A stretch of 64,000 bases of DNA from an uncultured Arcobacter sp. (GTDB lineage: Bacteria; Campylobacterota; Campylobacteria; Campylobacterales; Arcobacteraceae): NCBI GenBank assembly GCA_965140705.1, contig OZ223300.1, positions 672,001 to 736,000 on the forward strand, read 5' to 3'. The notes below the pieces were generated by a model, which had not been told where the DNA came from, did not search any database, and was given only the letters and a program-made list of their open reading frames with translations. Below, one piece after another: positions 50,062-59,781 of this stretch. Numbering within the stretch: position 1 is the stretch's first letter; every line of letters starts with the position of its first letter. The position numbers were made by a program, and so were the translations under genes.

Positions 50062-52176
50062 TTAATTACTTACGCATACTCTGTTTTTACCACTCTCTTT
50101 TGCTTTATAGAGTGCTTCATCTGCTAATTTATAAACAGTATCAATACTTTCAAGTTTTTCTCCTTCTCTAACAACTAAACCAAGTGAAACAGTTAAGTAA
50201 GGACTTACTTTATTTGCTTTATGTTCAATCTTTAAAGCTTCAACTTTATTTTTAATTGAATTTGCATAGTGTAAAGATTCTTCTTTATTTTTGTATGAGA
50301 AAAGAATTCCAAACTCTTCTCCTCCTAATCTAAACGCAAAATCACTAGCTCTTGCAGTATTATTAATGAGTACCTTTGAAACCTGTATAAGGGCTTCATC
50401 TCCTTTTTGATGACCATAAGTATCATTATATAATTTAAAATAATCAATATCTAACATTATAAAAGCTAGATAATAGTTATTTCTTTTGGCTCTATTTATC
50501 TCTTCTTCTAATTTTGCATTAAAATATCTTCTATTGTATGTTTGGGTTAAATCATCAGTTATTGAAAGATATTCAACTCTTTTTTTATCAGTTATATCTT
50601 GTCTAATTGCAGTATAACCTTTTATTTTACCTTTATTAAAGATTGGATAAATGGTTGCTTTTACCCAATATGTTTCTCCTTCTTTATTTCTATTTTTTAA
50701 TTCACCTTCCCAACTTTTACCATTTAGAAGAGCTTCCCACATCTGTTTATAAGTCTCTTTTGGCATATCAGGATGACGAACTATATTATGTGACTTACCT
50801 ATTAATTCTTTTTCTGAATATCCTGATATTTTACAAAATGAATCATTTGCACTTTGTATTTTTCCTTTAGCATCTGTAGTTGATATGATTACATTTTCAT
50901 TAATAATTTCTAATAGATTTCGAACTCGTTTTTCTGCTTTATTTCTAAGTTTCAGTGTTTTATTTAGTTTTTTTGCAATGGTTCTAAACTCTATAAAAGT
51001 AAACTTATTTAAATTTATTTTTTTCAAATCTGAAGAAGCTGAATTAAAAAGTGAAATTAAATTTATTATATTTGATTCAATAAAAGAGGTTATTCTTTTA
51101 GATACAAAATAAATAAGAATAAATAAAAAAACAAATATTAGAAGAATAATACTCGATTTTACAATAATCGCATTTTTTAATTGATTTTGTTTTTTTAATA
51201 ATTCATTATCAAGTTCATCCATATATGACCCTGTACCAATAATCCATTTCCATTTTGGATACTCTTTTACAAAAGCTAGCTTTTCATATTTTTTAGTAGA
51301 GTTCAATTTTTTAAATTTATAAAAGAAAAATCCACCATCAGGATTCTTTATTACCTTTAATTGTTTTTGAAACAGTGATTCATCAGGATATTTTATGGGT
51401 GGAATTGTTCTTTTACCATCATGAATTAAGGCCTTTTTATCTAAAGTGTTAATAAAAAAATATCCTTCTCTTCCATATCTAATTGAGGCAATATAATCTA
51501 CTATTTCAATTTTAGTCTCCCTCGTAAGGTTATCAATATAAAATCCCATTCCTATATGCCAATTATATGGTTCAAATAGTTTGATAAAAGATAATTTATC
51601 ATAAGCTTTAGTATCTTTGGTATTTGGTTTTATAAAGTAGTTGTCTATGAACCCCTCTTTTTTATTTAGGGCTATATTACTCTGTTCTTGAATAAAATAA
51701 TTACCTTTTCCATCTTTTAGATTCCAAATGTTTTTATTATCATTTAAATAGGAGTTTTTATTAAAAAGTATTGCTCTACCTTCATTTGAGTTAATAAAAA
51801 AGTACGTGTCTTCTTCATAGGTAATATTTTGCAATGTAGTAATTATTAAGTATTGAATCTCTTTTTTTGTTTTTATATTTTTATTTTTATTATATATTTT
51901 GTAAGCAATTGAATAAGCATCATTTACTCTATTTCGTAATTTTTCTTTTGCTTTTATAATAATATTATTTTCATTGTATGATATATAGTTATATATCTTA
52001 TTTACTTCACGTTTAAGGTCAGTTTTTTTTTGTTTTGTGAAATCTTTTTTTATTTGATCTGCTTCATCTAAAAAATTATTATATTCAAAAAGTGTGTTAA
52101 TTATAAATGCTAAAAATGTTGATATAATTGCTGTAAAAAAGATAGCTTTTAATATTAAATTAGATAATTTCATCAC
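50062..52176 (-). CDS. Diguanylate cyclase with Cache and PAS sensor domains
   Basis: Periplasmic Cache repeats; PAS (SHNIVRHPDMP, W.GELKN); DIDYFKLYNDTYGH, RLGGEEF. Confidence 0.92.
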   Translation of the reverse strand: MMKLSNLILKAIFFTAIISTFLAFIINTLFEYNNFLDEADQIKKDFTKQKKTDLKREVNKIYNYISYNENNIIIKAKEKLRNRVNDAYSIAYKIYNKNKNIKTKKEIQYLIITTLQNITYEEDTYFFINSNEGRAILFNKNSYLNDNKNIWNLKDGKGNYFIQEQSNIALNKKEGFIDNYFIKPNTKDTKAYDKLSFIKLFEPYNWHIGMGFYIDNLTRETKIEIVDYIASIRYGREGYFFINTLDKKALIHDGKRTIPPIKYPDESLFQKQLKVIKNPDGGFFFYKFKKLNSTKKYEKLAFVKEYPKWKWIIGTGSYMDELDNELLKKQNQLKNAIIVKSSIILLIFVFLFILIYFVSKRITSFIESNIINLISLFNSASSDLKKINLNKFTFIEFRTIAKKLNKTLKLRNKAEKRVRNLLEIINENVIISTTDAKGKIQSANDSFCKISGYSEKELIGKSHNIVRHPDMPKETYKQMWEALLNGKSWEGELKNRNKEGETYWVKATIYPIFNKGKIKGYTAIRQDITDKKRVEYLSITDDLTQTYNRRYFNAKLEEEINRAKRNNYYLAFIMLDIDYFKLYNDTYGHQKGDEALIQVSKVLINNTARASDFAFRLGGEEFGILFSYKNKEESLHYANSIKNKVEALKIEHKANKVSPYLTVSLGLVVREGEKLESIDTVYKLADEALYKAKESGKNRVCVSN

Positions 52177-52370
52177 AATACTTTTATTTTTTATATTATT
52201 ATATTATAAAATAGGTATTAAGGGCATAAAATTAGCACTTCTGTGTTAAATCTGAGAATATTTTATTCTATAATTATAAGTTAAAGTAATAATATTATTT
52301 ATAATAAATTAATATTTAAGTTGTATACTTCCAAAATATTAATAAGTAAAAATTATTAAAAAGTTATAAA

Positions 52371-52580
52371 ATGTACAAATATTTAAAAATTTTTAATTTC
52401 TATATTGATGGCTTTAAAAACCTTACTGTAGGCAAAACTCTATGGAAGATTATAATTATAAAAATAATTTTAATTGTAACTCTTCTAAATTTTTATATTT
52501 ATGATAAATCAATAAATAGTGAATATAAAACTACCAAAGAAAAAATAAATTTTGTATATAAAAATATTACAAAGGATTAA
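52371..52580 (+). CDS. DUF4492-family small membrane protein (cyd-associated)
   Basis: FYIDGFKNLTVGKTLWKIIIIK; first gene of the cydAB unit. Confidence 0.8.
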   Translation: MYKYLKIFNFYIDGFKNLTVGKTLWKIIIIKIILIVTLLNFYIYDKSINSEYKTTKEKINFVYKNITKD

Positions 52581-52582
52581 AT

Positions 52583-54109
52583 ATGGAAGCACATTTAGTA
52601 GATTGGTCTAGAGCTCAATTTGCATTAACTGCTATTTACCATTGGCTATTTGTTCCTTTAACTTTGGGATTAGGATTTATAATAGCTTTTATGGAAACTA
52701 TTTATGTAAAAACAGGCGATGAATTTTGGAAAAAAACGACAAAATTTTGGATGGGATTATTTGCTATAAATTTTGCTATAGGAGTTGCAACTGGTCTTAT
52801 AATGGAGTTTGAGTTTGGAACTAATTGGGCAAATTATTCGTGGTTTGTTGGAGATATTTTTGGAGCTCCTTTAGCAATAGAGGGAGTTTTAGCATTTTTT
52901 ATGGAGTCAACTTTTTTTGCTGTTATGTTTTTTGGTTGGGATAAAGTAAGTAAAAAATTTCATCTTATTTCAACTTGGCTTGTAGCAATTGGTTCGAACC
53001 TAAGTGCCTTATGGATTTTAGTTGCTAATGGTTGGATGCAATATCCAACTGGTGTAAAATTTAACCCAGACACAGTTAGAAATGAGATGTATAACTTTTG
53101 GGATGTCATTTTGTCTCCAGTTGCTGTAGCAAAATTTTTGCATACAATTTCAAGTGGATATATTATGGCTTCCTTATTTGTTGTTGGGGTTTCTGCTTGG
53201 TTTTTATTGAAAAAAAGAGAAATCAAGTTTGCAAAAAAATCAATGATAGTTGGTGCTACTTTTGGATTAATCACTTCAATATTTATTTTATTAACAGGAG
53301 ATGAATCTGCCCATCAAGTAGCACTAAAACAACCTGTAAAACTAGCTGCTATGGAAGGTTTATATGAAGGTAAAGTGAAAGCTGGAATAACAGGTATTGG
53401 TATCTTAAATCCAAAGAAAAATTTAACCAATGATGAAGATAGTTATTTATTTGAAATCAATGCTCCTTATGCCCTTTCTTTTTTGGCCTTTCATGATATA
53501 GATTCTTTTGTTCCTGGTTTAAAAGATTTAGTTTATGGAAATGAAAAATATGGTATCGAATCTGTTAAGTCAAAAATGGTAAAAGGTAAAATGGCAATTG
53601 ATGCTTTTAAAGAATATAAAGAAGCAAAAAAAAGTGCTGATTTAACAAATCAATTAATAAATAAGGCCATTTTAGAAAAGAATATGAGATATTTTGGTTA
53701 TGGACACTTAAATAAACCAGAAGATGTTGTCCCTCCTGTTGCAATTACTTTTTACTCTTTTCATACAATGGTAGCACTTGGAACATGGTTTTTCCTTCTT
53801 TTTGTTTTGATTTTATTTTTTAGTATAAAAAGAGAGATATCAAAATATAAACTTCTTTTAATATTTTCAATAGTCTCTATTCCTTTAGGATATATTGCAA
53901 GTGAAGCAGGCTGGATAGTTGCTGAAGTTGGTAGACAACCTTGGGCTATACAAAATTTGATGCCAGTTGGAATTGCTGTTACTGATATCTCATCTACAAG
54001 TGTACAAGCAACCTTTTTTCTGTTTGCTGTTTTATTTACATTGCTTCTTGTAGCTGAGATAAAGATTATGCTTAAACAAATATCTCTTGGTTTTGAGGGA
54101 GGACATTAA
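52583..54109 (+). CDS. cydA: Cytochrome bd ubiquinol oxidase subunit I
   Basis: RAQFALTAIYHWLFVP, EFEFGTNW, QPVKLAAMEG, EVGRQPW. Confidence 0.97.
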   Translation: MEAHLVDWSRAQFALTAIYHWLFVPLTLGLGFIIAFMETIYVKTGDEFWKKTTKFWMGLFAINFAIGVATGLIMEFEFGTNWANYSWFVGDIFGAPLAIEGVLAFFMESTFFAVMFFGWDKVSKKFHLISTWLVAIGSNLSALWILVANGWMQYPTGVKFNPDTVRNEMYNFWDVILSPVAVAKFLHTISSGYIMASLFVVGVSAWFLLKKREIKFAKKSMIVGATFGLITSIFILLTGDESAHQVALKQPVKLAAMEGLYEGKVKAGITGIGILNPKKNLTNDEDSYLFEINAPYALSFLAFHDIDSFVPGLKDLVYGNEKYGIESVKSKMVKGKMAIDAFKEYKEAKKSADLTNQLINKAILEKNMRYFGYGHLNKPEDVVPPVAITFYSFHTMVALGTWFFLLFVLILFFSIKREISKYKLLLIFSIVSIPLGYIASEAGWIVAEVGRQPWAIQNLMPVGIAVTDISSTSVQATFFLFAVLFTLLLVAEIKIMLKQISLGFEGGH

Positions 54110-54110
54110 T

Positions 54111-55244
54111 ATGTTTGAAAATCTTACTTTACTTCAATTACAACAGTATTGGTGGATAATAATTTCACTTTTAGGTGGCTTATTTGCTTTTATTATGTTT
54201 GTTCAAGGTGGTCAAACACTATTGGGGAGATTATCAAAGGGTGATGAGACGTTAAAAACTATGCTTATAAATTCCCTTGGTAGAAAATGGGAATTAGGCT
54301 TTACTACATTGGTACTTTTTGGGGGAGCACTTTTTGCTGCTTTTCCTTTATTTTATTCTACAAGTTTTGGTGGAGCGTATTGGGTATGGATGGCAATTTT
54401 ATTTTGTTTTATTATTCAAGCGGTAAGTTATGAATTTAGAAAAAAAGCTAATAATTTTTTGGGTCAAAAAGTTTATGAGTTGTTCCTTTTTATAAATGGA
54501 AGTGTAGGTGTGATTTTATTAGGAATTGCTATAGCTACTTTTTTTTCTGGTTCAAGTTTTAGTGTGGATACAAATAATTTCTCACATTGGCATGGCTCAT
54601 ATAGAGGATTAGAAGCTGCAGGTAGTATATTTAATCTATCTTTAGGTTTTGCACTATTTTTTTTAGTGAGAATTTCAGGAGCCTTATATTTTATAAATAA
54701 TATTGATAATGAAACCATAAAAGAAAGAGCAATAAGAAGTATAAAAATTGATATGCTTATTTTTCTATTTTTCTTTTTGATTTTTTTATATTTACTTTTG
54801 AGTAAAAGTGGTTTTGCTTATGATAGTAATGGATTTGTATATTATCAAGAGTACAAATATTTATATAATTTTGTAGAGATGCCAATAGTTTTAGGAATGT
54901 TCTTAATAGGCTTGTTGATGGTTATAATTGCAGTTTTTATGACCATTCATTTTAACAAAACTTGTTGTATCAAAACAGCTGGTGTTGGTATTGTATTAAC
55001 TGTAATGGCTTTGTTTTTAAATGTTGGATTAAATGGAACTTCATATTACCCTTCATTTTATGATATTCAAAGTTCATTGACTATTCAAAATAGTTCAGGA
55101 AGTCATTATACTTTGACTACTATGTCTTATGTTTCACTAATTGTTCCTTTTGTTTTGGCATATATAACTTATGCTTGGTATCAAATGGACAAAGTGAAAA
55201 TAACTAAAGATGAGATGGAAGATTCTCATACTCATAAATATTAG
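54111..55244 (+). CDS. cydB: Cytochrome bd ubiquinol oxidase subunit II
   Basis: WELGFTTLVLFGGALFAAFP, VSYEFR, SLTIQNSS; ATG at 54111. Confidence 0.95.
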   Translation: MFENLTLLQLQQYWWIIISLLGGLFAFIMFVQGGQTLLGRLSKGDETLKTMLINSLGRKWELGFTTLVLFGGALFAAFPLFYSTSFGGAYWVWMAILFCFIIQAVSYEFRKKANNFLGQKVYELFLFINGSVGVILLGIAIATFFSGSSFSVDTNNFSHWHGSYRGLEAAGSIFNLSLGFALFFLVRISGALYFINNIDNETIKERAIRSIKIDMLIFLFFFLIFLYLLLSKSGFAYDSNGFVYYQEYKYLYNFVEMPIVLGMFLIGLLMVIIAVFMTIHFNKTCCIKTAGVGIVLTVMALFLNVGLNGTSYYPSFYDIQSSLTIQNSSGSHYTLTTMSYVSLIVPFVLAYITYAWYQMDKVKITKDEMEDSHTHKY

Positions 55245-55252
55245 GAGTTAAA

Positions 55253-55348
55253 ATGGAGTATTTAAGTTCAATTATTTGGCTTGTTTCCTGGCCTCTGGTG
55301 ATTTATATTTCTTTTAAATTGATAGAATATAATATAAAGAAAATATAG
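55253..55348 (+). CDS. 31-aa single-TM protein, putative small accessory subunit of cytochrome bd
   Basis: Not in the ORF track. AGGAG RBS overlapping the cydB stop; MEYLSSIIWLVSWPLVIYISFKLIEYNIKKI. Confidence 0.75.
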   Translation: MEYLSSIIWLVSWPLVIYISFKLIEYNIKKI

Positions 55349-55384
55349 ATTTAATACAAAATAATATATAAAAAGGACAATAAA

Positions 55385-55840
55385 ATGATTACATTCCCTC
55401 TAAAAACAAATAAAGAAAATGCAGCGGTATCACCACTGTTTGGTAAAGCAAAATATTTTGCTTTTTATGATGGTAAAAATTTAAGTGTTGAAGAAAATCC
55501 ATATGGAAAAGGTTCAAAACTTATTAATTGGTTCAATGAAAAAGGCGTAGATACAATAGTAATAAAAGAGATGGGTTCTAAACCTTTTGAAGCTATTTCT
55601 AAAACACCTATAAAAGTATTGTATGCAGGTAATGATAGAGTTACTACAAATGAAGTATTAGAAAACTATACAACTAATAGTTTAAAAGAGTTATCAATAG
55701 ATGAACTTCAAAAAATAGTTAAAGAGCATAAAGGAGATAAAAGTTCTTCTTGTCATTCACATTCATATGAAGGTGAAACTAAAAAGAGTTGTCATAAAAA
55801 AATGGTAGCTCAAAATCCATATGTTTTTTTAAATAAATAG
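55385..55840 (+). CDS. NifB/NifX-family (Nitro_FeMo-Co domain) protein with a His/Cys-containing tail
   Basis: VSPLFGKAKYFAFY...ENP...GVDTIVIKEMG..P pattern; tail CHSHS...SCH. Confidence 0.8.
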   Translation: MITFPLKTNKENAAVSPLFGKAKYFAFYDGKNLSVEENPYGKGSKLINWFNEKGVDTIVIKEMGSKPFEAISKTPIKVLYAGNDRVTTNEVLENYTTNSLKELSIDELQKIVKEHKGDKSSSCHSHSYEGETKKSCHKKMVAQNPYVFLNK

Positions 55841-55864
55841 TACAAAGCTTCTAGCTTTGTACTA
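55838..55864. terminator. Bidirectional terminator
   Basis: TAGTACAAAGCT-TCT-AGCTTTGTACTA perfect stem between convergent genes. Confidence 0.65.
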
Positions 55865-55869
55865 AACTT

Positions 55870-57360
55870 TTAAATAGTTCTCCACTTAGCAGGGCCAGTA
55901 GTGTGAATAGAAGTACCCTCAGTATCAACAGCTACAGTAACAGGCATGTCTTTAACCTCAAACTCATAGATAGCTTCCATACCAAGTTCTTCAAAGGCTA
56001 ATACTTTTGCTGATTTGATTGATTGTGATATCAAATATGCAGCTCCACCAGTTGCTATTAAATACATTGATTTATACTCTTTGATTAAATCAATTGTTGG
56101 TTGTTTTCTCTCAGCTTTTCCAATCATTCCCATGATTCCTATTTCCATCATGTCTTTTGTAAATTTATCCATTCTTGTAGATGTTGTTGGTCCCGCAGGT
56201 CCTACTGCTTCATCTCTTACAGGATCCACTGGTCCAACGTAATAAATAAATCTATCTTCTAATTTAACTCCATTTGGAAGATCTTTTCCAGCATTTTTAT
56301 ATTCAACTATTTTTTTATGTGCTGCATCTCTTGCTGTTAAGATTTTCCCAGATAATAATAGAGTATCTCCTGATTTAAATTGAGATAAATTCTCTTTTGT
56401 TAAATCTTCTATATTTACTCTTTTAATTGTATCCATTGGTAATTCAATATCTGGCCATATATCTAAATCTGGTTTATTAAATACTGCTGGTCCATCACCT
56501 TTTAGTTTAAAGTGAATATGTCTTGTTGCTGCACAGTTTGGAATCATAGCAACAGGAAGTGATGCTGCATGACATGGGTAATCTAATATTTTAACATCAA
56601 GTACAGTTGTAATTCCACCAAGACCTTGAGCTCCAATTCCTACTTTATTAATATCTTCATATAATTTAAGTCTTAATTCTTCTAGGGCATTTTTTGGACC
56701 TCTTGCTTTAAGTTCATGTATATCAACATGACTCATTAAAGACTCTTTTGCTAAAAGCATAGATTTCTCAGGATTCCCTCCAATTCCAATTCCTAATATT
56801 CCAGGAGGACACCATCCAGCTCCCATATTTCTAACATTTTCCATAACCCAATCATAAATACTATCACTTGGGTTTAATACAGCAAATTTAGATTTGTTTT
56901 CACTTCCTCCACCTTTTGCTGCAACTGTAATATCTATCTCATCTGAATTATCTACACTTACATGAATAACTGCTGGTGTATTATTTTTTGTATTTACTCT
57001 TTTCCCTGCAGGATCTGCAACTACTGAGTATCTTAAAGTGTTATCTGGATCTGTATACCCTTTTGCAACACCTTCATTTAATAAATCAACTAACTCTTTT
57101 TTTATATCTAAAGGAGCATTTAATCCAACCTTTACAAAGATATTAACTGACCCTGTATCTTGACATAAAGGTCTATGACCCATTGCACACATTTTTGAAT
57201 TTATTAATATTTGTCCTATTGCATTTTTTGCAGCTTCACCTTTTTCTACATTATAAGCTTCTACCATCCCTTTTACAAAATCTTCTGGATGATAAAACGA
57301 TATATATTGACATGCATCTGCTATACTCTCGATTATATCTTGCTCGGTTATTTTTTTCAT
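55870..57360 (-). CDS. Class I (Fe-S) fumarate hydratase
   Basis: PLCQDTG, KGGGSEN, GWCPP, CHAASLP, NCAATRH, ARDAAH, GPTTSTRM. Confidence 0.93.
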   Translation of the reverse strand: MKKITEQDIIESIADACQYISFYHPEDFVKGMVEAYNVEKGEAAKNAIGQILINSKMCAMGHRPLCQDTGSVNIFVKVGLNAPLDIKKELVDLLNEGVAKGYTDPDNTLRYSVVADPAGKRVNTKNNTPAVIHVSVDNSDEIDITVAAKGGGSENKSKFAVLNPSDSIYDWVMENVRNMGAGWCPPGILGIGIGGNPEKSMLLAKESLMSHVDIHELKARGPKNALEELRLKLYEDINKVGIGAQGLGGITTVLDVKILDYPCHAASLPVAMIPNCAATRHIHFKLKGDGPAVFNKPDLDIWPDIELPMDTIKRVNIEDLTKENLSQFKSGDTLLLSGKILTARDAAHKKIVEYKNAGKDLPNGVKLEDRFIYYVGPVDPVRDEAVGPAGPTTSTRMDKFTKDMMEIGIMGMIGKAERKQPTIDLIKEYKSMYLIATGGAAYLISQSIKSAKVLAFEELGMEAIYEFEVKDMPVTVAVDTEGTSIHTTGPAKWRTI

Positions 57361-57435
57361 AATTAGATACCTTTATAATTAAATTACGTAAGTATAACTA
57401 ATTAAAGTTTATGAAGCTTAGTTTTTTTTGATCTT

Positions 57436-57492
57436 AAAATCATATGAAAATCATATGAATATTTTTGTAACATATATTAACTTTGAGTTAAC
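57436..57492. promoter_or_regulatory. Tandem direct repeats in the divergent fumarase/two-component intergenic region
   Basis: AAAATCATATG twice (57436-57457); TAAC at 57468, 57478 and 57489 (10-11 bp period). Confidence 0.45.
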
Positions 57493-57558
57493 ATTTTATT
57501 TAGAAATGGTTATATGTCTCTGACACAATTATAATATATAATAATTAAGGAGGTGTAG

Positions 57559-57849
57559 ATGAAAAGAATACTTATGACTGTATTATTATTAAGTAGTTTA
57601 GTATCAACATTTTTATTTGCAGTAGATATAAAAAAAGATAGTGGCGATTTTAGAAATAGCCAAAATCTGAAAATACAATCTTACTCAAAAGCATTTAAAG
57701 ATGGAAAATTTGATAAAAATAAATATATCAGCATATCTTTGAATAACTATAAAAATATGGTAGAATATGAAGCTTCTTTAACAGAAAAGATTTATAATAT
57801 TTTAACAGATAAACAAAAAAAACAACTAAAAGAGATGCTTAACTCATAA
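57559..57849 (+). CDS. Small periplasmic LTXXQ-motif protein (Spy/CpxP-like)
   Basis: Signal peptide; C-terminal YNILTDKQKKQL; AGGAGG RBS; precedes a regulator-kinase pair. Confidence 0.7.
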   Translation: MKRILMTVLLLSSLVSTFLFAVDIKKDSGDFRNSQNLKIQSYSKAFKDGKFDKNKYISISLNNYKNMVEYEASLTEKIYNILTDKQKKQLKEMLNS

Positions 57850-57859
57850 AGGTTTTAAA

Positions 57860-58537
57860 ATGATAAATATAGCAATGGTAGAAGATGATGCAGAATTAGC
57901 AGAAGTTCTTACTGAATATTTAAGTAAATTTAATATAAAAGTGACAAACTATGAAGAACCCTTTTTGGCTCTTAGTAGTTTAAAAATAAACAAATTTGAT
58001 TTGATAATTTTAGATTTAACTCTCCCTGGAATGGATGGATTAGATGTTTGTAAGCAAATAATTACAAATCATGATATTCCAATTATTATTTCAAGTGCCA
58101 GAAGTGATATAACTGATAAAGTTACTGCTTTACAATTGGGTGCTGATGATTATTTACCAAAACCATACGACCCAAGAGAGTTAGAAGTAAGAATAAAGAC
58201 TATTTTACGAAGATACAATATAAGTACTAAAATTGAAGAAAAACCAGCAAAAGTTTTTATTTTTGACGAAGAGAAAAAAGAGATAAGAAAAAATGGTAAG
58301 TTTATTAGACTAACAGCTGCTGAATATGAAGTATTATCTTTATTGATTAAAAGAGAAGGATTTATTGTTTCAAGGGATGATATCTTTGAAAATAGTGATT
58401 TATTAAATAGTGATTATGACAATATTGGTTCACTTGCAGTTATTATAAATAGGATAAGACACAAAATAGAAGCAAATCCCAAAACACCAAATTATTTACA
58501 TACAATAAGAGGGATGGGATATAAATTTTTACAATGA
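57860..58537 (+). CDS. OmpR-family response regulator
   Basis: VEDD, ILDLTLPGMDG, GADDYLPKPY, TIRGMGY. Confidence 0.95.
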   Translation: MINIAMVEDDAELAEVLTEYLSKFNIKVTNYEEPFLALSSLKINKFDLIILDLTLPGMDGLDVCKQIITNHDIPIIISSARSDITDKVTALQLGADDYLPKPYDPRELEVRIKTILRRYNISTKIEEKPAKVFIFDEEKKEIRKNGKFIRLTAAEYEVLSLLIKREGFIVSRDDIFENSDLLNSDYDNIGSLAVIINRIRHKIEANPKTPNYLHTIRGMGYKFLQ

Positions 58538-59781
58538 AAAAAGAGTCAATATTTTTTACAGTAACAATTAGTTTTGTTATATCAATATTTTTAGTAATAG
58601 CTAGTTTTATTATATTAGTACTTCATACCCAAGATGATAAAGAAAAACATCTTTCAAAGAAATATTTACCAGTAGCTAAGATGGTATTAGAGCAACAAAG
58701 AACAAATGGATTAACAAAGTTTTTTGTTGAATCTTTGTCTAATATGGATATGGAGTTTATAAATGATATTGGTAAAATGAATGCTGTTTTATATAATCCC
58801 CAAACAAAAGTAGCACTAGAGAGAAGATATAGAACAATTTTAGTTAGGGTTTTAGATTTACATGGTGATAGCTACTTGTTTATAAAAAGTGATGGCTTAG
58901 AAATAATGTTTAAAGATAGTGATTATAAACATGTAAATCCATTGATATATCTAATAGTAGTTTTTGCAGTACTATTTATAGCAATTATTTTATCTTTTAT
59001 TACAACTTGGAAAAGACTATATCCAATAAAACTTTTAAAAGATAAAGTAATAACTCTAGGGGAAGAGGATTTTGATTTTGAGTATGATACAAATGATTCT
59101 GATGAAGTTTCCCAATTAGCAATTGAGTTTAAAAATACCGCAAAAAAACTGAAAAATATAAAAGAGTCAAGAAATGTATTTATTAGAAATATAATGCATG
59201 AACTAAAAACTCCAATTACAAAAGGTAAGTTTCTAAGTGAATTGGAAAACAGTGATGAAAATGCTGAAAAGATGAGAAGAGTATTTACTAGACTAGAGTC
59301 TTTAATTAGTGAATTTACTCAAATCGAAGAGCTTATATCTTCTACTAAAAATATTGTAAAAAATAACTACTTCTTAGATGATATTATAGATAATGCTACA
59401 GATATGCTTATGCTAGAAGATGATGTAATTATCTCTAAATACGAAAATAAAAAATTAAATGTAAATTTTAAACTTTTTTGTTTGGCTGTAAAAAATCTAA
59501 TTGATAATGCAATAAAATATTCAGATGACAGAAAAGTAACTATAAAAACAAATAATCAAGATGAGATAATATTTGAAAATAATGGTGAAGGATTGAAATA
59601 TCCTCTTGAAAAATATTTTGAACCATTTTTTGCAAATGAAAGTAAAAGTAAAAATAGTTTTGGACTTGGTTTATATATAGTAAATTCTATACTTAAAGCA
59701 AATAATTGCATACTTAAATATGAATATAAAGATGAAATAAATATTTTTAAAATAGCTAAAAGTGAACAAAAGGATAAATAA
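58534..59781 (+). CDS. Sensor histidine kinase (ArsS/RacS-like)
   Basis: Two TM helices, HAMP, IMHELKTPITKG, KNLIDNAIKY, FEPF, FGLGLYIV. Confidence 0.92.
   Translation: MKKESIFFTVTISFVISIFLVIASFIILVLHTQDDKEKHLSKKYLPVAKMVLEQQRTNGLTKFFVESLSNMDMEFINDIGKMNAVLYNPQTKVALERRYRTILVRVLDLHGDSYLFIKSDGLEIMFKDSDYKHVNPLIYLIVVFAVLFIAIILSFITTWKRLYPIKLLKDKVITLGEEDFDFEYDTNDSDEVSQLAIEFKNTAKKLKNIKESRNVFIRNIMHELKTPITKGKFLSELENSDENAEKMRRVFTRLESLISEFTQIEELISSTKNIVKNNYFLDDIIDNATDMLMLEDDVIISKYENKKLNVNFKLFCLAVKNLIDNAIKYSDDRKVTIKTNNQDEIIFENNGEGLKYPLEKYFEPFFANESKSKNSFGLGLYIVNSILKANNCILKYEYKDEINIFKIAKSEQKDK

Noticed and set aside
52180..52370. Fur- or FNR-like boxes upstream of cydAB
   Set aside because: The region is almost all A/T, so matches are expected by chance; no TTGAT-N4-ATCAA was seen.
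55385..55840. Nitrogen fixation inferred from the NifB/NifX-family gene
   Set aside because: Stand-alone members occur in non-diazotrophs, and there are no nifHDK genes in this window.
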